Source: Bacilli bacterium
GTDB taxonomy: Bacteria; Bacillota_I; Bacilli_A; RF39; UBA660
Assembly (NCBI GenBank): GCA_017515795.1
Contig: JAFWEE010000004.1
Span: 7,937 to 71,936, forward strand
Direction of reading: 5' to 3'
DNA: 64,000 nt
Below, piece after piece: positions 1-11,100 of the stretch. The translations under genes were made by a program, and so were the position numbers. Positions within the stretch are counted from its first letter, which is position 1. Each line of letters begins with the position of its first letter. The notes beneath the pieces are model-generated. The model had not been told where the DNA came from. It was given only the letters and a program-made list of their open reading frames with translations, and did not search any database.

Positions 1-787
1 TGCAGCAGGATTTGAAAGAGTATATGAAGTTGCTAAATGTTTTAGAAATGAAGGAATGGATCCTCAACATTTACAAGAATTTACTCAAATAGAATGGTAT
101 GCTTCTTATTGGAATTTTGAAGATAATATTAAATTCTTTAAAGAATTTATGAGAAGTACAGCTATGTTCTTAAAAGGAACTACAGAAGTAACAGTAGGAG
201 ATAAAACTATAGATTTAGGAAAAGAATGGAATAGAGTTAATTATGTTGAAGCATTAACTGATGCTTTAGGATTTGCCTTTATTAATATAGAAGATCCAGA
301 AGAACTTAGAACTAAGATTATTGAATCTGGTAAATTTACTAAAACTGATCTTGAAGAATGTAATTCATTAGCTCAATTAATAGATTTTTGTTATAAGAGA
401 TTAGTTAGAGCAAATATATTTGAACCAACTATTATGTGGAATTATCCAGCTGTATTAAAACCACTTGCTAGAAGAAATGATGATGATAATAAAGTTGTTG
501 ATGTATTCCAAGTAATTATTGCAGGTGCAGAAATATGTAATGCATATTCAGAACTTGTTAATCCAGAAGTTCAAAGAGCTAATTTTGAAGATCAATTAAA
601 AGCTAAAGCTCAAGGTGATGATGAAACTATGGATCTTGATGAAGATTATTTACTTGCGATGGAACAAGGTATGCCACCAATAAGTGGACTTGGTGTTGGA
701 GTAGATAGATTAATGATGCTTTTATATAATGCAGCTAGTGTAAGAGATGTAGTTTTATTCCCAATAATGAGACCAAGAGAAAAGTAA
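1..787 (+). CDS. lysS: lysyl-tRNA synthetase, C-terminal portion (5' end lies outside window)
   Basis: Open frame from position 2 with no stop. Class II aaRS C-terminal motifs (…FCYKRL…GLGVGVDRLMMLL…) typical of LysRS. Confidence 0.9.
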   Translation, partial: AAGFERVYEVAKCFRNEGMDPQHLQEFTQIEWYASYWNFEDNIKFFKEFMRSTAMFLKGTTEVTVGDKTIDLGKEWNRVNYVEALTDALGFAFINIEDPEELRTKIIESGKFTKTDLEECNSLAQLIDFCYKRLVRANIFEPTIMWNYPAVLKPLARRNDDDNKVVDVFQVIIAGAEICNAYSELVNPEVQRANFEDQLKAKAQGDDETMDLDEDYLLAMEQGMPPISGLGVGVDRLMMLLYNAASVRDVVLFPIMRPREK

Positions 788-902
788 TTTTTAAAAATTA
801 CTTTTTTTTATTATTAAATGGTGCTATAATTCTTAATAGGAGGATTAAAGGTGAATAACTAAAATAGTAATACTAGAGATCTTAAAATAGGAGGAGATAT
901 TT

Positions 903-2384
903 ATGAAAAAATATAATTTATACAAAATTTTAGGAATTGTAATATTATTTACAGTTATTATTAGTTATTTTGTTCCAGGAACTACTATTAGTTATGGATC
1001 AGTTTCAAAAGATACTATTATACCTGTTACAATAGCAGATACATTCTTTAATGGATTAACTTCATTAAGTGTATTTATGTCAACTATTGTGTATTTATTA
1101 TCTGTTGGACTATTCTATGCAATATTAGGAAAAACTGAAAAATATGACGAATACATTACATGCGTTGCCAGAAAATTTGCAAGACGTAAATCTTTATATA
1201 TAGTATTAACTGTATTTGTACTTGGTCTTATGTCAGCTCTTACTGGAAATATGTATGCTGCATTATTTGCACTTCCATTCTTTATTTCTGTTATTAGAAA
1301 ACTTGGATATGGAAAAGCTGCATCTATAGCTGCTACAGTTGGTGCTACTATTATTGGTAGTGCTAGTTCACTATATACATATTATAGTAATCAAATGCTA
1401 AACTTAACTGTAACTGATAATTTATTATATAAAATAGTTTTATTATTGGTTTTATTACTTGCTTTAATAGCATTTATTTTAGTATTTAACAAGAGACCTG
1501 AAAAAGTTGATCTTGGTAAAGAAAAATGTTCAAATGTTTTAACATTAAAAATTGTAATGATTGTTCTTCTAGTATTAGTTGTTCTTGGCTTTGTTCCATG
1601 GACTCAATATTTTGGTTTTGATGGATTTACTAGATTCCTTGAATTTATGCAAAGTAAAGATATTAAAGGAGTATCTATATTTAATGCATTAGTTGGTAGT
1701 GAAATAGCTGCATTTGGAACTTTTGAATTATATCATTTTGCATTAGTTCTAGTAGTAGCTTCAGTATTTATTGCTATTATGTATAAGGTAAAAGTAAATA
1801 CATTTATAGCTGCTGTTGGTTCAGGTCTTAGAAAATCAATACCATATATAGTAATTCTATTAGTTGCTAATATAGTATTTATTAATCTATACACATCTGG
1901 AGTATACTATACATTTGTAACTGCATTTAGTGAAAAGATGAATCTATTTACTGGTTCAGTTATATCTTCAGTAACTTCATTATTCTACCCTGATTATACA
2001 TATGCTACTCAATTCGCATTATCAGGAATTAGTTATACAACTAAGACAACTGGATTTGAAGCTTCAATAGCAATTATATTCCAAGCAATTTATAGTTTAG
2101 TTTTATTAGTTTCACCAACAAGTATACTTGTATTCTTCGGATTAAGATATACAGATGTATCTTATAAAGATTGGATTAAATATATTTGGAAATTCTTCGT
2201 TATTGTATTCTTAGTTAGTTTAGTAATTTTATCTATAGCTACTAAAGGATTTGGATTATTTGCTATTATTGGAACTATTCTAGTAATTGCTCTAGTAATC
2301 TTAGCTTTATTAGATCATAATAAAAAACTAATTAAAGAAGTTAAAGAAGAAACTAAAAAGGAAACTAAAAAATCTAATAAATAA
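903..2384 (+). CDS. polytopic membrane protein, probable YfcC/DcuC-superfamily transporter
   Basis: ~12 predicted TM helices. RBS GGAGGAG upstream. Extended -10 TGgTGCTATAAT near 817-828. C-terminal FQAIYSLVLLVSPTS segment resembles YfcC family. K/E-rich tail. Confidence 0.5.
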   Translation: MKKYNLYKILGIVILFTVIISYFVPGTTISYGSVSKDTIIPVTIADTFFNGLTSLSVFMSTIVYLLSVGLFYAILGKTEKYDEYITCVARKFARRKSLYIVLTVFVLGLMSALTGNMYAALFALPFFISVIRKLGYGKAASIAATVGATIIGSASSLYTYYSNQMLNLTVTDNLLYKIVLLLVLLLALIAFILVFNKRPEKVDLGKEKCSNVLTLKIVMIVLLVLVVLGFVPWTQYFGFDGFTRFLEFMQSKDIKGVSIFNALVGSEIAAFGTFELYHFALVLVVASVFIAIMYKVKVNTFIAAVGSGLRKSIPYIVILLVANIVFINLYTSGVYYTFVTAFSEKMNLFTGSVISSVTSLFYPDYTYATQFALSGISYTTKTTGFEASIAIIFQAIYSLVLLVSPTSILVFFGLRYTDVSYKDWIKYIWKFFVIVFLVSLVILSIATKGFGLFAIIGTILVIALVILALLDHNKKLIKEVKEETKKETKKSNK

Positions 2385-2392
2385 TAGATTTT

Positions 2393-2420
2393 AAAAGAAC
2401 ACATAAGTGTTCTTTTTTTT
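2393..2420 (+). terminator. rho-independent terminator (GAACAC-ATAA-GTGTTC + T8)
   Basis: Hairpin followed by T-run directly after the stop of the 903-2384 gene. Confidence 0.6.
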
Positions 2421-2459
2421 GTATAATTATGATAAAATTAATAAAGAAGGTGATTACAT

Positions 2460-3851
2460 ATGAAAATATATAATACATTATCAAGAACAGTAGAAGACTT
2501 TATTCCATATAATGGTAATAATGTTAATATGTATACTTGTGGACCTACAGTATATCACTATGCTCATATTGGTAATCTTAGAACATATATATTTGAAGAC
2601 ATCTTAGAAAAAACATTAAATTATGTTGGTTATAATGTTAAAAGATGTATGAATATAACTGATGTTGGACATTTATCATCTGATTCGGATTCTGGAGAAG
2701 ATAAAATGCTTAGTGGTGCTAAAAGAGAACATAAAACTGTTTTAGAAATAGCAGATTATTATACAGAATGCTTTAAAAAAGATTTAAATAGATTAAATAT
2801 TAAATGGCCAGAAATAGTATCTAAAGCTACTGATAATATAGATTTCTATTTTGTTATGATTGAGAAATTATTAGATGAAGGCTATGCATATATATCTGGT
2901 GGAAATGTATATTTTGATACTTCTAAATTAGATGATTATTATAAACTTACTAATCATAAAGAAGATGAAATGGTAGTAGGTGTAAGAGAAGGCGTAGAAG
3001 AAGATTCATCTAAGAGAAATCAAGCAGACTTTGTGCTTTGGTTTACTAAATCTAAATTTGAAGATCAAGAACTTAAATGGGAATCTCCATGGGGATATGG
3101 ATATCCAGGATGGCATATTGAATGTTCTGGTATTAGTATTAAGAATTTAGGAGAACATCTTGATATTCACTGTGGAGGAGTAGATAATATATTCCCACAT
3201 CATACTAATGAAATAGCTCAAAGTGAAAGTTATTTAGGACATAAATGGTGTAACTATTGGGTACACGGAGAACATTTAAATGATGAAACTGGTAAGATGA
3301 GTAAATCTAAAGGAGAATTCTTAACACTCGATTTATTAATATCTAAAGGATATAATCCTCTTAGTTATAGATTTATGTGTTTAAATTCTCATTATAGAAA
3401 ACAATTAGTATTTTCATATGATGCTTTAGATCAATCAGAAGATACATTAAACAAATTAAAAACTAGAATTAGTAATATAATTGATGATAATAATTATAGT
3501 GAAGAAGACTTTAATAAATATAATGAATTATTTAAAGAAGCAATTAGTAATGATTTAAATACTGCTAATGCAATTACAATTCTATATGATGTATTAAAAG
3601 ATAATGAAATATCTAATTCTACTAAGATAGCATTAGTTAAATCATTTGATAAAGTATTTTCTTTAGATTTAATTAAAGAAAAAGAAATAGATAAAGAATT
3701 AGAAGATAAAGTAAATAAATTAATTGAAGAAAGAAATAATTATAAAGTAAATAAAGATTATGAAAATGCTGATAGAATTAGATCTGAAATAGAAGCTCTT
3801 GGAGTAACTATTAAAGATACTAGGGAAGGAACTATAATAATATGGGAGTAG
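2460..3851 (+). CDS. cysS: cysteinyl-tRNA synthetase
   Basis: Class I motifs HIGN (HYAHIGNLR) and KMSKS. CysRS-like N-terminus MYTCGPTVY. Confidence 0.95.
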   Translation: MKIYNTLSRTVEDFIPYNGNNVNMYTCGPTVYHYAHIGNLRTYIFEDILEKTLNYVGYNVKRCMNITDVGHLSSDSDSGEDKMLSGAKREHKTVLEIADYYTECFKKDLNRLNIKWPEIVSKATDNIDFYFVMIEKLLDEGYAYISGGNVYFDTSKLDDYYKLTNHKEDEMVVGVREGVEEDSSKRNQADFVLWFTKSKFEDQELKWESPWGYGYPGWHIECSGISIKNLGEHLDIHCGGVDNIFPHHTNEIAQSESYLGHKWCNYWVHGEHLNDETGKMSKSKGEFLTLDLLISKGYNPLSYRFMCLNSHYRKQLVFSYDALDQSEDTLNKLKTRISNIIDDNNYSEEDFNKYNELFKEAISNDLNTANAITILYDVLKDNEISNSTKIALVKSFDKVFSLDLIKEKEIDKELEDKVNKLIEERNNYKVNKDYENADRIRSEIEALGVTIKDTREGTIIIWE

Positions 3852-4549
3852 ACTATAATACAAGTACTGGATTAATATATAATAGTACAGGAATGATATT
3901 ATTTTATGTAGCAGCTGCTATTACATTACTTGCTAGTTTAATACTTAGAGCAGTTCATAAAAAATATGCTGGAGTAGAAAATAATAAACATATAACAGGA
4001 AGAGAAGTAGCAGAAAAGATACTTGCTAGTAATGGTCTTACTAATATTAAAGTAGGTCAAATAAGTGAATCTTTAACTGATTATTATAATAATAGTACTC
4101 AGGAAATAAGATTATCTGAAAGTGTATATGATGATACAAGTATAGCTGCTATTGCAGTAGCAGCTCATGAATGTGGACATGCTATTCAATATAAAGATGG
4201 ATATGGTCCAATAAAAGCTAGAAATGCTGTTGCAAAAGTAGCTAGTATTGGAAATACTATTGGTTACATTTCATTAGTAATAGGTTTACTTGCATCTATT
4301 ACAGGTTTTATATATATAGGAGTTGCTCTTATGTTCTTTGCATTATCATTCCAACTTGTTACTTTACCAGTAGAATATAATGCATCAAATAGAGCAAGAA
4401 AAGAATTACTTAGATTAGGTATTATTGGTGAAGATGAAGTGCCTGCTGTTAAAAAAATGTTAAATGCTGCTGCATTTACTTATGTAGCTGGTTTATTATC
4501 ATCAGTTTTACAAATTATTAGACTTTTGTCATATGCTAGAAAAAAATAA
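3842..4549 (+). CDS. YugP-type membrane zinc metallopeptidase
   Basis: HEXXH (HECGHAIQ) between N- and C-terminal TM segments, ~235 aa. Start overlaps cysS stop. Confidence 0.6.
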   Translation: MGVDYNTSTGLIYNSTGMILFYVAAAITLLASLILRAVHKKYAGVENNKHITGREVAEKILASNGLTNIKVGQISESLTDYYNNSTQEIRLSESVYDDTSIAAIAVAAHECGHAIQYKDGYGPIKARNAVAKVASIGNTIGYISLVIGLLASITGFIYIGVALMFFALSFQLVTLPVEYNASNRARKELLRLGIIGEDEVPAVKKMLNAAAFTYVAGLLSSVLQIIRLLSYARKK

Positions 4550-4688
4550 AAAAATACTTTACAAATAAATATATATAATATATAATATTCACGTAGTTTT
4601 GAAAAAAGGAAAGAAGATTTGTATCTCACCTGATTGCGAGTAAGCGATAGGTAAAAGGCCAAGTAATATATATTATAGTGCTTTTTAG

Positions 4689-4717
4689 GTAGATACAGAT
4701 GTATCTACTTTTTTATT
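4689..4717 (+). terminator. leader attenuator hairpin upstream of infC (GTAGATAC-AGAT-GTATCTAC + T-run)
   Basis: 8-bp perfect stem followed by TTTTTTATT, abutting the infC RBS GGAGGTG (4718-4724). Confidence 0.6.
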
Positions 4718-4731
4718 GGAGGTGCTTTGTT

Positions 4732-5265
4732 ATATCAAAGAATAGTGATTTATTAATCAATGAAAAAATAACTGCAAAAGAAGTTATGGTTATTGGACCT
4801 GGTGGGGAACAACTTGGTGTTAAAAGCAGAGAAGATGCTCTTACACTAGCAAATGCTGCTGGATTTGATCTAGTTCAAATGAATGGAAATAGTGATAAAC
4901 CAGTATGTAAACTTATGGATTACAATAAGTTTAAATATGAAAGAAATAAAAAACAAAAGGAAGCTTTAAAGAAACAAAAGAGTACAGCAGCTGAATTAAA
5001 AGAAATCAGATTATCTGTTAAAATTGATATTCATGACTTTAATACAAGAGTTAATCAAACAAATAAATTCTTAGAAAAAGGTCATAAGATTAAAGCAGTA
5101 GTTAGATTTAAAGGAAGAGAAATGGCTCATCCTGAACTTGGTAAAGATGTACTAGATAGATTTGTAGAAGCTGTGAAAGATTATGGTACAAAGACTAGTG
5201 AACCTACTATGGAATTTAGATCTATGTATGTAAATATTTCACCAAATAAGAAGGAAGGTAATTAA
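4732..5265 (+). CDS. infC: translation initiation factor IF-3, probable non-AUG (ATA) start
   Basis: IF-3 homology begins at ...SKNSDLLINEKITAKEV. RBS GGAGGTG lies 7 nt upstream of in-frame ATA at 4732. The annotated ATG at 4699 lies inside the attenuator hairpin. Atypical infC start codons are well known. Confidence 0.85.
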   Translation: MSKNSDLLINEKITAKEVMVIGPGGEQLGVKSREDALTLANAAGFDLVQMNGNSDKPVCKLMDYNKFKYERNKKQKEALKKQKSTAAELKEIRLSVKIDIHDFNTRVNQTNKFLEKGHKIKAVVRFKGREMAHPELGKDVLDRFVEAVKDYGTKTSEPTMEFRSMYVNISPNKKEGN

Positions 5266-5267
5266 TT

Positions 5268-5474
5268 ATGGCAAAGAATAAAATTAAAACACATAAAGCA
5301 TCAGCTAAGAAATTTATGGTTAGAAATAGTGGTTCTGTTACATTTAAGAGAGCTGGTGCTAACCACAATACAACTGGTTATTCAACTAAGAGAATGAGAC
5401 ACTTAAGAGAGGCAGGTCAATTATCAGGCTCTGATTCAAAGAGATTAAAAAGAATAATTGACACATTAAAGTAG
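5268..5474 (+). CDS. rpmI: 50S ribosomal protein L35
   Basis: MAKNKIKTHKASAKKF... basic 68-aa protein in the infC-rpmI-rplT order. Confidence 0.9.
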   Translation: MAKNKIKTHKASAKKFMVRNSGSVTFKRAGANHNTTGYSTKRMRHLREAGQLSGSDSKRLKRIIDTLK

Positions 5475-5484
5475 GAGGTAAATC

Positions 5485-6036
5485 ATGGCAAGAGTTAAGA
5501 CAGCAAAAATTACTAAAGCTAGACATAAAAAGATTCTTAAGAATGCTAAAGGTTATTTTGGTTCTAAACACAGATTATATAAAACTGCAAAAGAACAATT
5601 AATGCATTCTGGAGTATATGCTTATAGAGATAGAAGACAAAAGAAAAGAGATTTCCGTAAATTATGGATTGTTCGTATTAATGCTGAATGTAGAAATAAC
5701 GAAATTAGTTATTCTAAATTCATAGATGGTCTTAATAAAGCAGGTATTTCTATTAATAGAAAAATGCTTGCTGAATTAGCTGTTTCTGATACTAAAGCTT
5801 TTGCAGCATTAGTTAAAGAAGCTAAAGATGCATTAAATGGAAAAGTTGCTAAAACTACAAAAGAAGCACCAAAGAAAGAAGAAAAGAAAGAAACAACTAA
5901 GAAAGAAACTAAAAAAGAAGAAAAAGTAGATTTATCTAAACTAACAGTAGCTGAACTTAAAGATTTAGCTAAAGCTAAAAAAATTGAAGGTTATACTTCA
6001 ATGAAAAAAGCAGAATTAATTGATGCTTTAAAATAA
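5485..6036 (+). CDS. rplT: 50S ribosomal protein L20 with ~65-aa C-terminal K/E-rich linker plus Rho_N-like helix-extension-helix domain
   Basis: N-terminal 118 aa are canonical bL20 ([19 protein letters not shown]...). C-terminal ...[34 protein letters not shown] matches the Rho N-terminal / SAP-like motif. Confidence 0.9.
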   Translation: MARVKTAKITKARHKKILKNAKGYFGSKHRLYKTAKEQLMHSGVYAYRDRRQKKRDFRKLWIVRINAECRNNEISYSKFIDGLNKAGISINRKMLAELAVSDTKAFAALVKEAKDALNGKVAKTTKEAPKKEEKKETTKKETKKEEKVDLSKLTVAELKDLAKAKKIEGYTSMKKAELIDALK

Positions 6037-6066
6037 AATTACAATTTATATTGTAATTTTTTTTAT
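6037..6066 (+). terminator. rho-independent terminator after rplT
   Basis: AATTACAAT-TTAT-ATTGTAATT stem followed by T-run. Confidence 0.6.
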
Positions 6067-6099
6067 GCAGTGATATATTAAAATTAATAGAGGCGGGCT

Positions 6100-8112
6100 A
6101 TGGTTAGAGAGACTTATAACGAAAAGTTTGAAAGAATCAAAACTGAGGTTATTAAGTGTTTAATGCTTTCTAATAAAGTTCTTCATGAACAAGAATTATA
6201 TAATAAGCTTGGTATTACTAAATCAAAAGAAAAGAAAGCATTAAAGAAAATTTTAAATAAACTCGTTTTGGAAGATAGTATAGTATATTCTAAAAAACAG
6301 GGGTTTATTAGGCTTAAAACAACTGAATATGAAATTGGAGAAGTAATTTTAAACGGTATAAATGATTTTGCTGTCCAATTTAAAGACAAAAGATTAAGTG
6401 TTAGAAGTAAGAACCTTAAAGGTGCTTATGTAGGAGATAAAGTATTATTCTCAAATAAAGATAAAAAAGTTAAAAGTGTACTTAAAAAAGAAAATAATCC
6501 TAGAATATTTGAATGTATTAGAGTAAATGATTCCATTCAAATAATTCCATTCAATTCAAGAGATGACGCTAATTATAAGTATATATTTGATAAACCAATA
6601 TCACTTAGTGGTGACGAAATACTTAGTGCATATGTAACATATAATGAAAAAGAAGATTACTATGAATGCAGGATAAAAGAAATAATAGGTAGTAGAACAG
6701 AAAGTTCTATATATGGGAAAATAGTACTAGCTTCTAATGGAATTGATATTAATTTTTCAGAGAAAGCATTAAAAGAAGCTGAATTAATTCCTGATAGGGT
6801 ATTAGATATAGAATTAAAGGATAGAGTTGATTTAAGAAGTTTACTTACATATAGTATTGATGGCAATAAAAGAATGGTAACAATAGATGATGCTATATCT
6901 ATTGAGGAAAAAGATAATGGAAATATAAAGGTTTATTTACATGTAATAGATGTACCACATTATATTAAACCAGGATCTGCTTTATTTAATGAAGCTAGAA
7001 AAAGATCTAAAAAAATATATATGCATAGTTATAGATATAATCATGATATGATACCTCCTAAGTTATCTGAAGGGATATGTTCTTTAAAAGCTGGAGAAGA
7101 CAGATTATGTAAAACATTTATTTTAGAATTCGATAAATATGGTAAATTCTTAAACTATGATTTTTGTAATAGTGTAGTTAATGTAAATAAAAACTATAGC
7201 CATGAAGAGGCAAATAAAGAATACTTAGATGTGTTATATTCTTCTGATGATCCAAATTCATTTATATCTTTAGAGAGTATTTTCTTTAATTCATTACATA
7301 AAGCAAATATTGCTATAAATAGGACTCTTTTTAAAAATGAACCTTATGCATTATTAGAACTATCTAGTAGTATTATGACTAATATTATTAAAATAGTTAA
7401 TGAAAATGTAGCACATAATTTTTTAACATTACCTTTTATATATAAAACATTTAAATATCCATCTAAAAAAGATATTATTAATAAGGTTAAAGAAAAACCA
7501 ATATTTTATTTTGATGATGCTTATTGGAACTTTACTAGATTGGATACTGTTGAAGAAATATTAGCATACTATGATTTACCTAGAACAGTGGAGTATAGAG
7601 ATGCTGTATTAGAATTACTATCTAGAGGTAATTATTTCTTCTCTACAAGAAATAATGGACATTTTGGATTAGCTACTCCAAGATATGCCAAGATTAATTC
7701 TCCAGCAAGATCATTTATTAATCTTGTTGATCTAACATTATTTGACTTATATAGTACTGAATATGATACAGATGAATCTTATATTTCAAGACTTGAACAG
7801 GAATTAGAAACTATATGTGATGAGTATAATAGAAATAATGAAAAATATAAAAAACTAGAGGAATTATCACCAAATGTGGCATTAGATGAAAGACCAAGTT
7901 TAGATGGTCTAATAGTCGGAAAGGTAATAGAAAAAAAGGGAGATTTATTAACTATTAGTGTTAAAAATGGTGAAATATTTAAAAGTCATTACCGTGAACA
8001 AGATGTTGAAATTGGTAGTTCTGTTATAGTAAAAAAGATAGAAACTCCTGAAAATATTAAGTCTAATAAAGTGAAAGTATTGAGACATATAAATACTAAT
8101 GATAATATCTAA
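6100..8112 (+). CDS. rnr: RNase R/II family (RNB domain) exoribonuclease homolog, divergent
   Basis: N-terminal HTH and cold-shock-like domains. RNB motifs (..TIDDAISIEE..HVIDVPHYIKPGSALFNEARKR..EGICSLKAGEDRL..). C-terminal S1-like domain. Confidence 0.75.
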   Translation: MVRETYNEKFERIKTEVIKCLMLSNKVLHEQELYNKLGITKSKEKKALKKILNKLVLEDSIVYSKKQGFIRLKTTEYEIGEVILNGINDFAVQFKDKRLSVRSKNLKGAYVGDKVLFSNKDKKVKSVLKKENNPRIFECIRVNDSIQIIPFNSRDDANYKYIFDKPISLSGDEILSAYVTYNEKEDYYECRIKEIIGSRTESSIYGKIVLASNGIDINFSEKALKEAELIPDRVLDIELKDRVDLRSLLTYSIDGNKRMVTIDDAISIEEKDNGNIKVYLHVIDVPHYIKPGSALFNEARKRSKKIYMHSYRYNHDMIPPKLSEGICSLKAGEDRLCKTFILEFDKYGKFLNYDFCNSVVNVNKNYSHEEANKEYLDVLYSSDDPNSFISLESIFFNSLHKANIAINRTLFKNEPYALLELSSSIMTNIIKIVNENVAHNFLTLPFIYKTFKYPSKKDIINKVKEKPIFYFDDAYWNFTRLDTVEEILAYYDLPRTVEYRDAVLELLSRGNYFFSTRNNGHFGLATPRYAKINSPARSFINLVDLTLFDLYSTEYDTDESYISRLEQELETICDEYNRNNEKYKKLEELSPNVALDERPSLDGLIVGKVIEKKGDLLTISVKNGEIFKSHYREQDVEIGSSVIVKKIETPENIKSNKVKVLRHINTNDNI

Positions 8113-8179
8113 TTTTTGTTGAATTAGATATTTTTTTTTGTTATAATTAAATTAGTATATTAGAAAATAGGTGACGCGT

Positions 8180-11100
8180 ATGAAATTTATTAAAAAGAAT
8201 AAATTATTCTTAGTAGCTATAGTGTTATTACTAGCTAGTATTATATTCTTTGTTTATAATATTAAAGCTGATAGTGATGATAATAAAATTGGTATTAGCT
8301 ATGCTGAAATGACAGGTATTAAAACTGGTACTAGTTCATTTGATAGTAGTGATGGACTTAATTATGGAGATACATCTAATCTACATGCTACTTCTGGTTA
8401 TACAGCAGGCAAGGATGCTAGTGAAGATAATGCTATTGTAAGATCTTTTGATAAGATTACTTATAATTTTGAACTTCAAATAAAGAATAAAGATGAGTTT
8501 AATCAAACATCTTCATTAACAGCATACTCAAATAAGAAAATCTTAATAAAGGCTACTATTTCAGAAGATGCTTCAAAATATGTATCATTTACTGAAAATG
8601 GTAAACCTGGACAAACTACATATACATATGAAATAAACAATGTAAATGAAATAAATGGTAGTAGAATTACAAGTGATATTTCTATGTATGTACTTGGTGC
8701 ACCTAATGGAGTTATAATTGATCCTAAATTTGAAATACAGGAGTCTACTAATACTGATTCAGAATACGTTGTTACTTTAGGTAAGAAAGATAATAGTACA
8801 CATTATTATTCATATGATGCTTTAAGAGATACTAATTATAGTAGTGCTGCTGATTTTTATAACTATATGCCAACAGTAGTATCTAGTTCTAATACATTAA
8901 ATCTTAATTTAGAATTAATTGAAGGTGAATCTCAAAAAGCTACTTATGATTCTAAAATAGGTAGATATATGAATTATGTATTAGCATTAACTACAACTAA
9001 TTCGTTAAAAGGTAAAGTAATGCCAAAAGATGATATTGTATTAAATGCAACATTTAGTCAAACAGGTCATGAAAGACCAATTTTAACAGAAGACTTTGTA
9101 AGATTATTTAATGGTCAACAAGTATTAGATATTAATGGATTTACTTTAGATGCACCATATAGTGCAACTACTCTTATAAGTAGAGATAAATATACAAGAA
9201 ATCCAGGAAGTGTAACTGTTAATAATTTAACAAATAATACATTTAGTTTAAAAATTAGTGATTATGGAATGGGATATACTTATCCTACAGCATATTCTAA
9301 TGGTAATTCTATTCCTTCTGGAAAGAGTTATATTGGAACATATGCAATTACACTATTTTCACCAAGAGTTCCAGAAGATGGTGGAAGTAATATAGATGTA
9401 ACATTAAGTTTTGCATCTACTAATGTAACATTAACAAGTGGAACAACTTCATTAAATGCTGTTTCTAAAACAAGTTCTAATGAAGCATATGAAGTAAAAG
9501 ATTATAGTTTAGTTACAGGTCTATATGAAATGGATGAAACTAAGATTGCAGAAACAAATGGTGAAGGAGCTAAATCTAGAGGTTCTGAAATCCAATATAT
9601 TACAGAATTTAATTATTTATCTACATCTTCAAATGATGGATTAAAGGAAACAATTAAAATTGATCCAATTGCATACAGATTTATGCCATATACTTCTAAA
9701 GAAGATATTGATATTGAAGTATATTGTGGAAACAATAGATGTCAAAATATTAATGCAGATGATTTTGAATATAAATTTGTAGCAGGTGATTTTAATGCTT
9801 CTAATTATACAGCAATTAATCATACTACTGTAGATTCAAGAATTAAATCTGAAGAAGCTAATGTTATTAAAAATGGTTGTACAACTGTTAAAAATAATTT
9901 AGCAAATTATAATAGTGATCAAATAATGAATTTATATGGTGGCCCATGTATTAGTGAAAATAATCCTGTTTATTATGATAATATTTCTTCAGCAGCTACT
10001 GCAGATAATGAAGAAGTAGTATTAACTAAATTAATTGTTCAAACTAAGAATGGTGTTAATTTACCAGATAATTCTAAAGTAGTAATTAAAACAAAATTAA
10101 GAGTTAGAAATGTTACTGATATAACTAAGAAATATCAAGTAACTGCTATTGCTACATCTTCTGATTATGATAATAAAATTACATATTATAGTCCAAGAGT
10201 AGTTAATACATCTTCTTCTGAAGATTCAGTATTAAATCCAAATAACTATAATAAAGAATTTGATAATAGTTTATTTGGTGATTCATTAACTATATTAAGT
10301 TTTGAAGCTAAACAAAATATTACTGTTACAAATAGAAGAAAAGATGGACAAATGAAAGATAACTTTAATGTAGTTGATAATGAAACAATTCACTTTAAAG
10401 TATCTACAAATTTAAAAGATTATGCTTTAAATGTTGGAGCGGATGATGCTTGGTATATTAAAGATTTAGTATTCTCAGTATTTATTCCAGATACTTTAAC
10501 TTATATTCCAACAAACAATACTGTTAATCCAGAAAGAGTAGACCTAGTTATGGGTGGAACTCTATTACAATACAGAATTCCATATACTAAACCAAACTTT
10601 GAGATTCCAGATGTATATTTTGATGCAATATTATCATCTGATTTAACAGGAAATGGTAATGAAATAGTAATTAGTTCACAAGTATTCTGTTACAATATAA
10701 ATGATGAAGTAGTTGATTATTTATCTAGTAGTGCTTCATTAAAGATTTATGGTAATGGTATTAATAATATGATTATTACATTAACAAATGATAGCGCAAA
10801 TAGAGTCGAAAAAGATAGTGAATTCTCGTATTACATTAATGCATACAATAATACAGATTCTAGAATTGAAGACTATATGATATTAAATGTATTACCTGCT
10901 AATAATGATGAAAGAGGTTCAACATTTAGTGGTGATTATAAAGTACATTTAGATGCAACAAGTCTTAATGGTGCTAATGTTCTTTGTACTACAGAAGACT
11001 ACAAGAATATTAATAAAGATGTGTTAGATACAGAAACATTATTTACTGATTGTTCTGATATATTTAATGAAGGTGTATATAAAGAAGTAAGTGCTATTAA

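Noticed and set aside
4699-4731. ATG at 4699 as the infC start (as in the ORF track)
   Set aside because: It lies inside the attenuator hairpin upstream of the RBS. IF-3 homology starts later and the RBS is correctly spaced only for ATA 4732.
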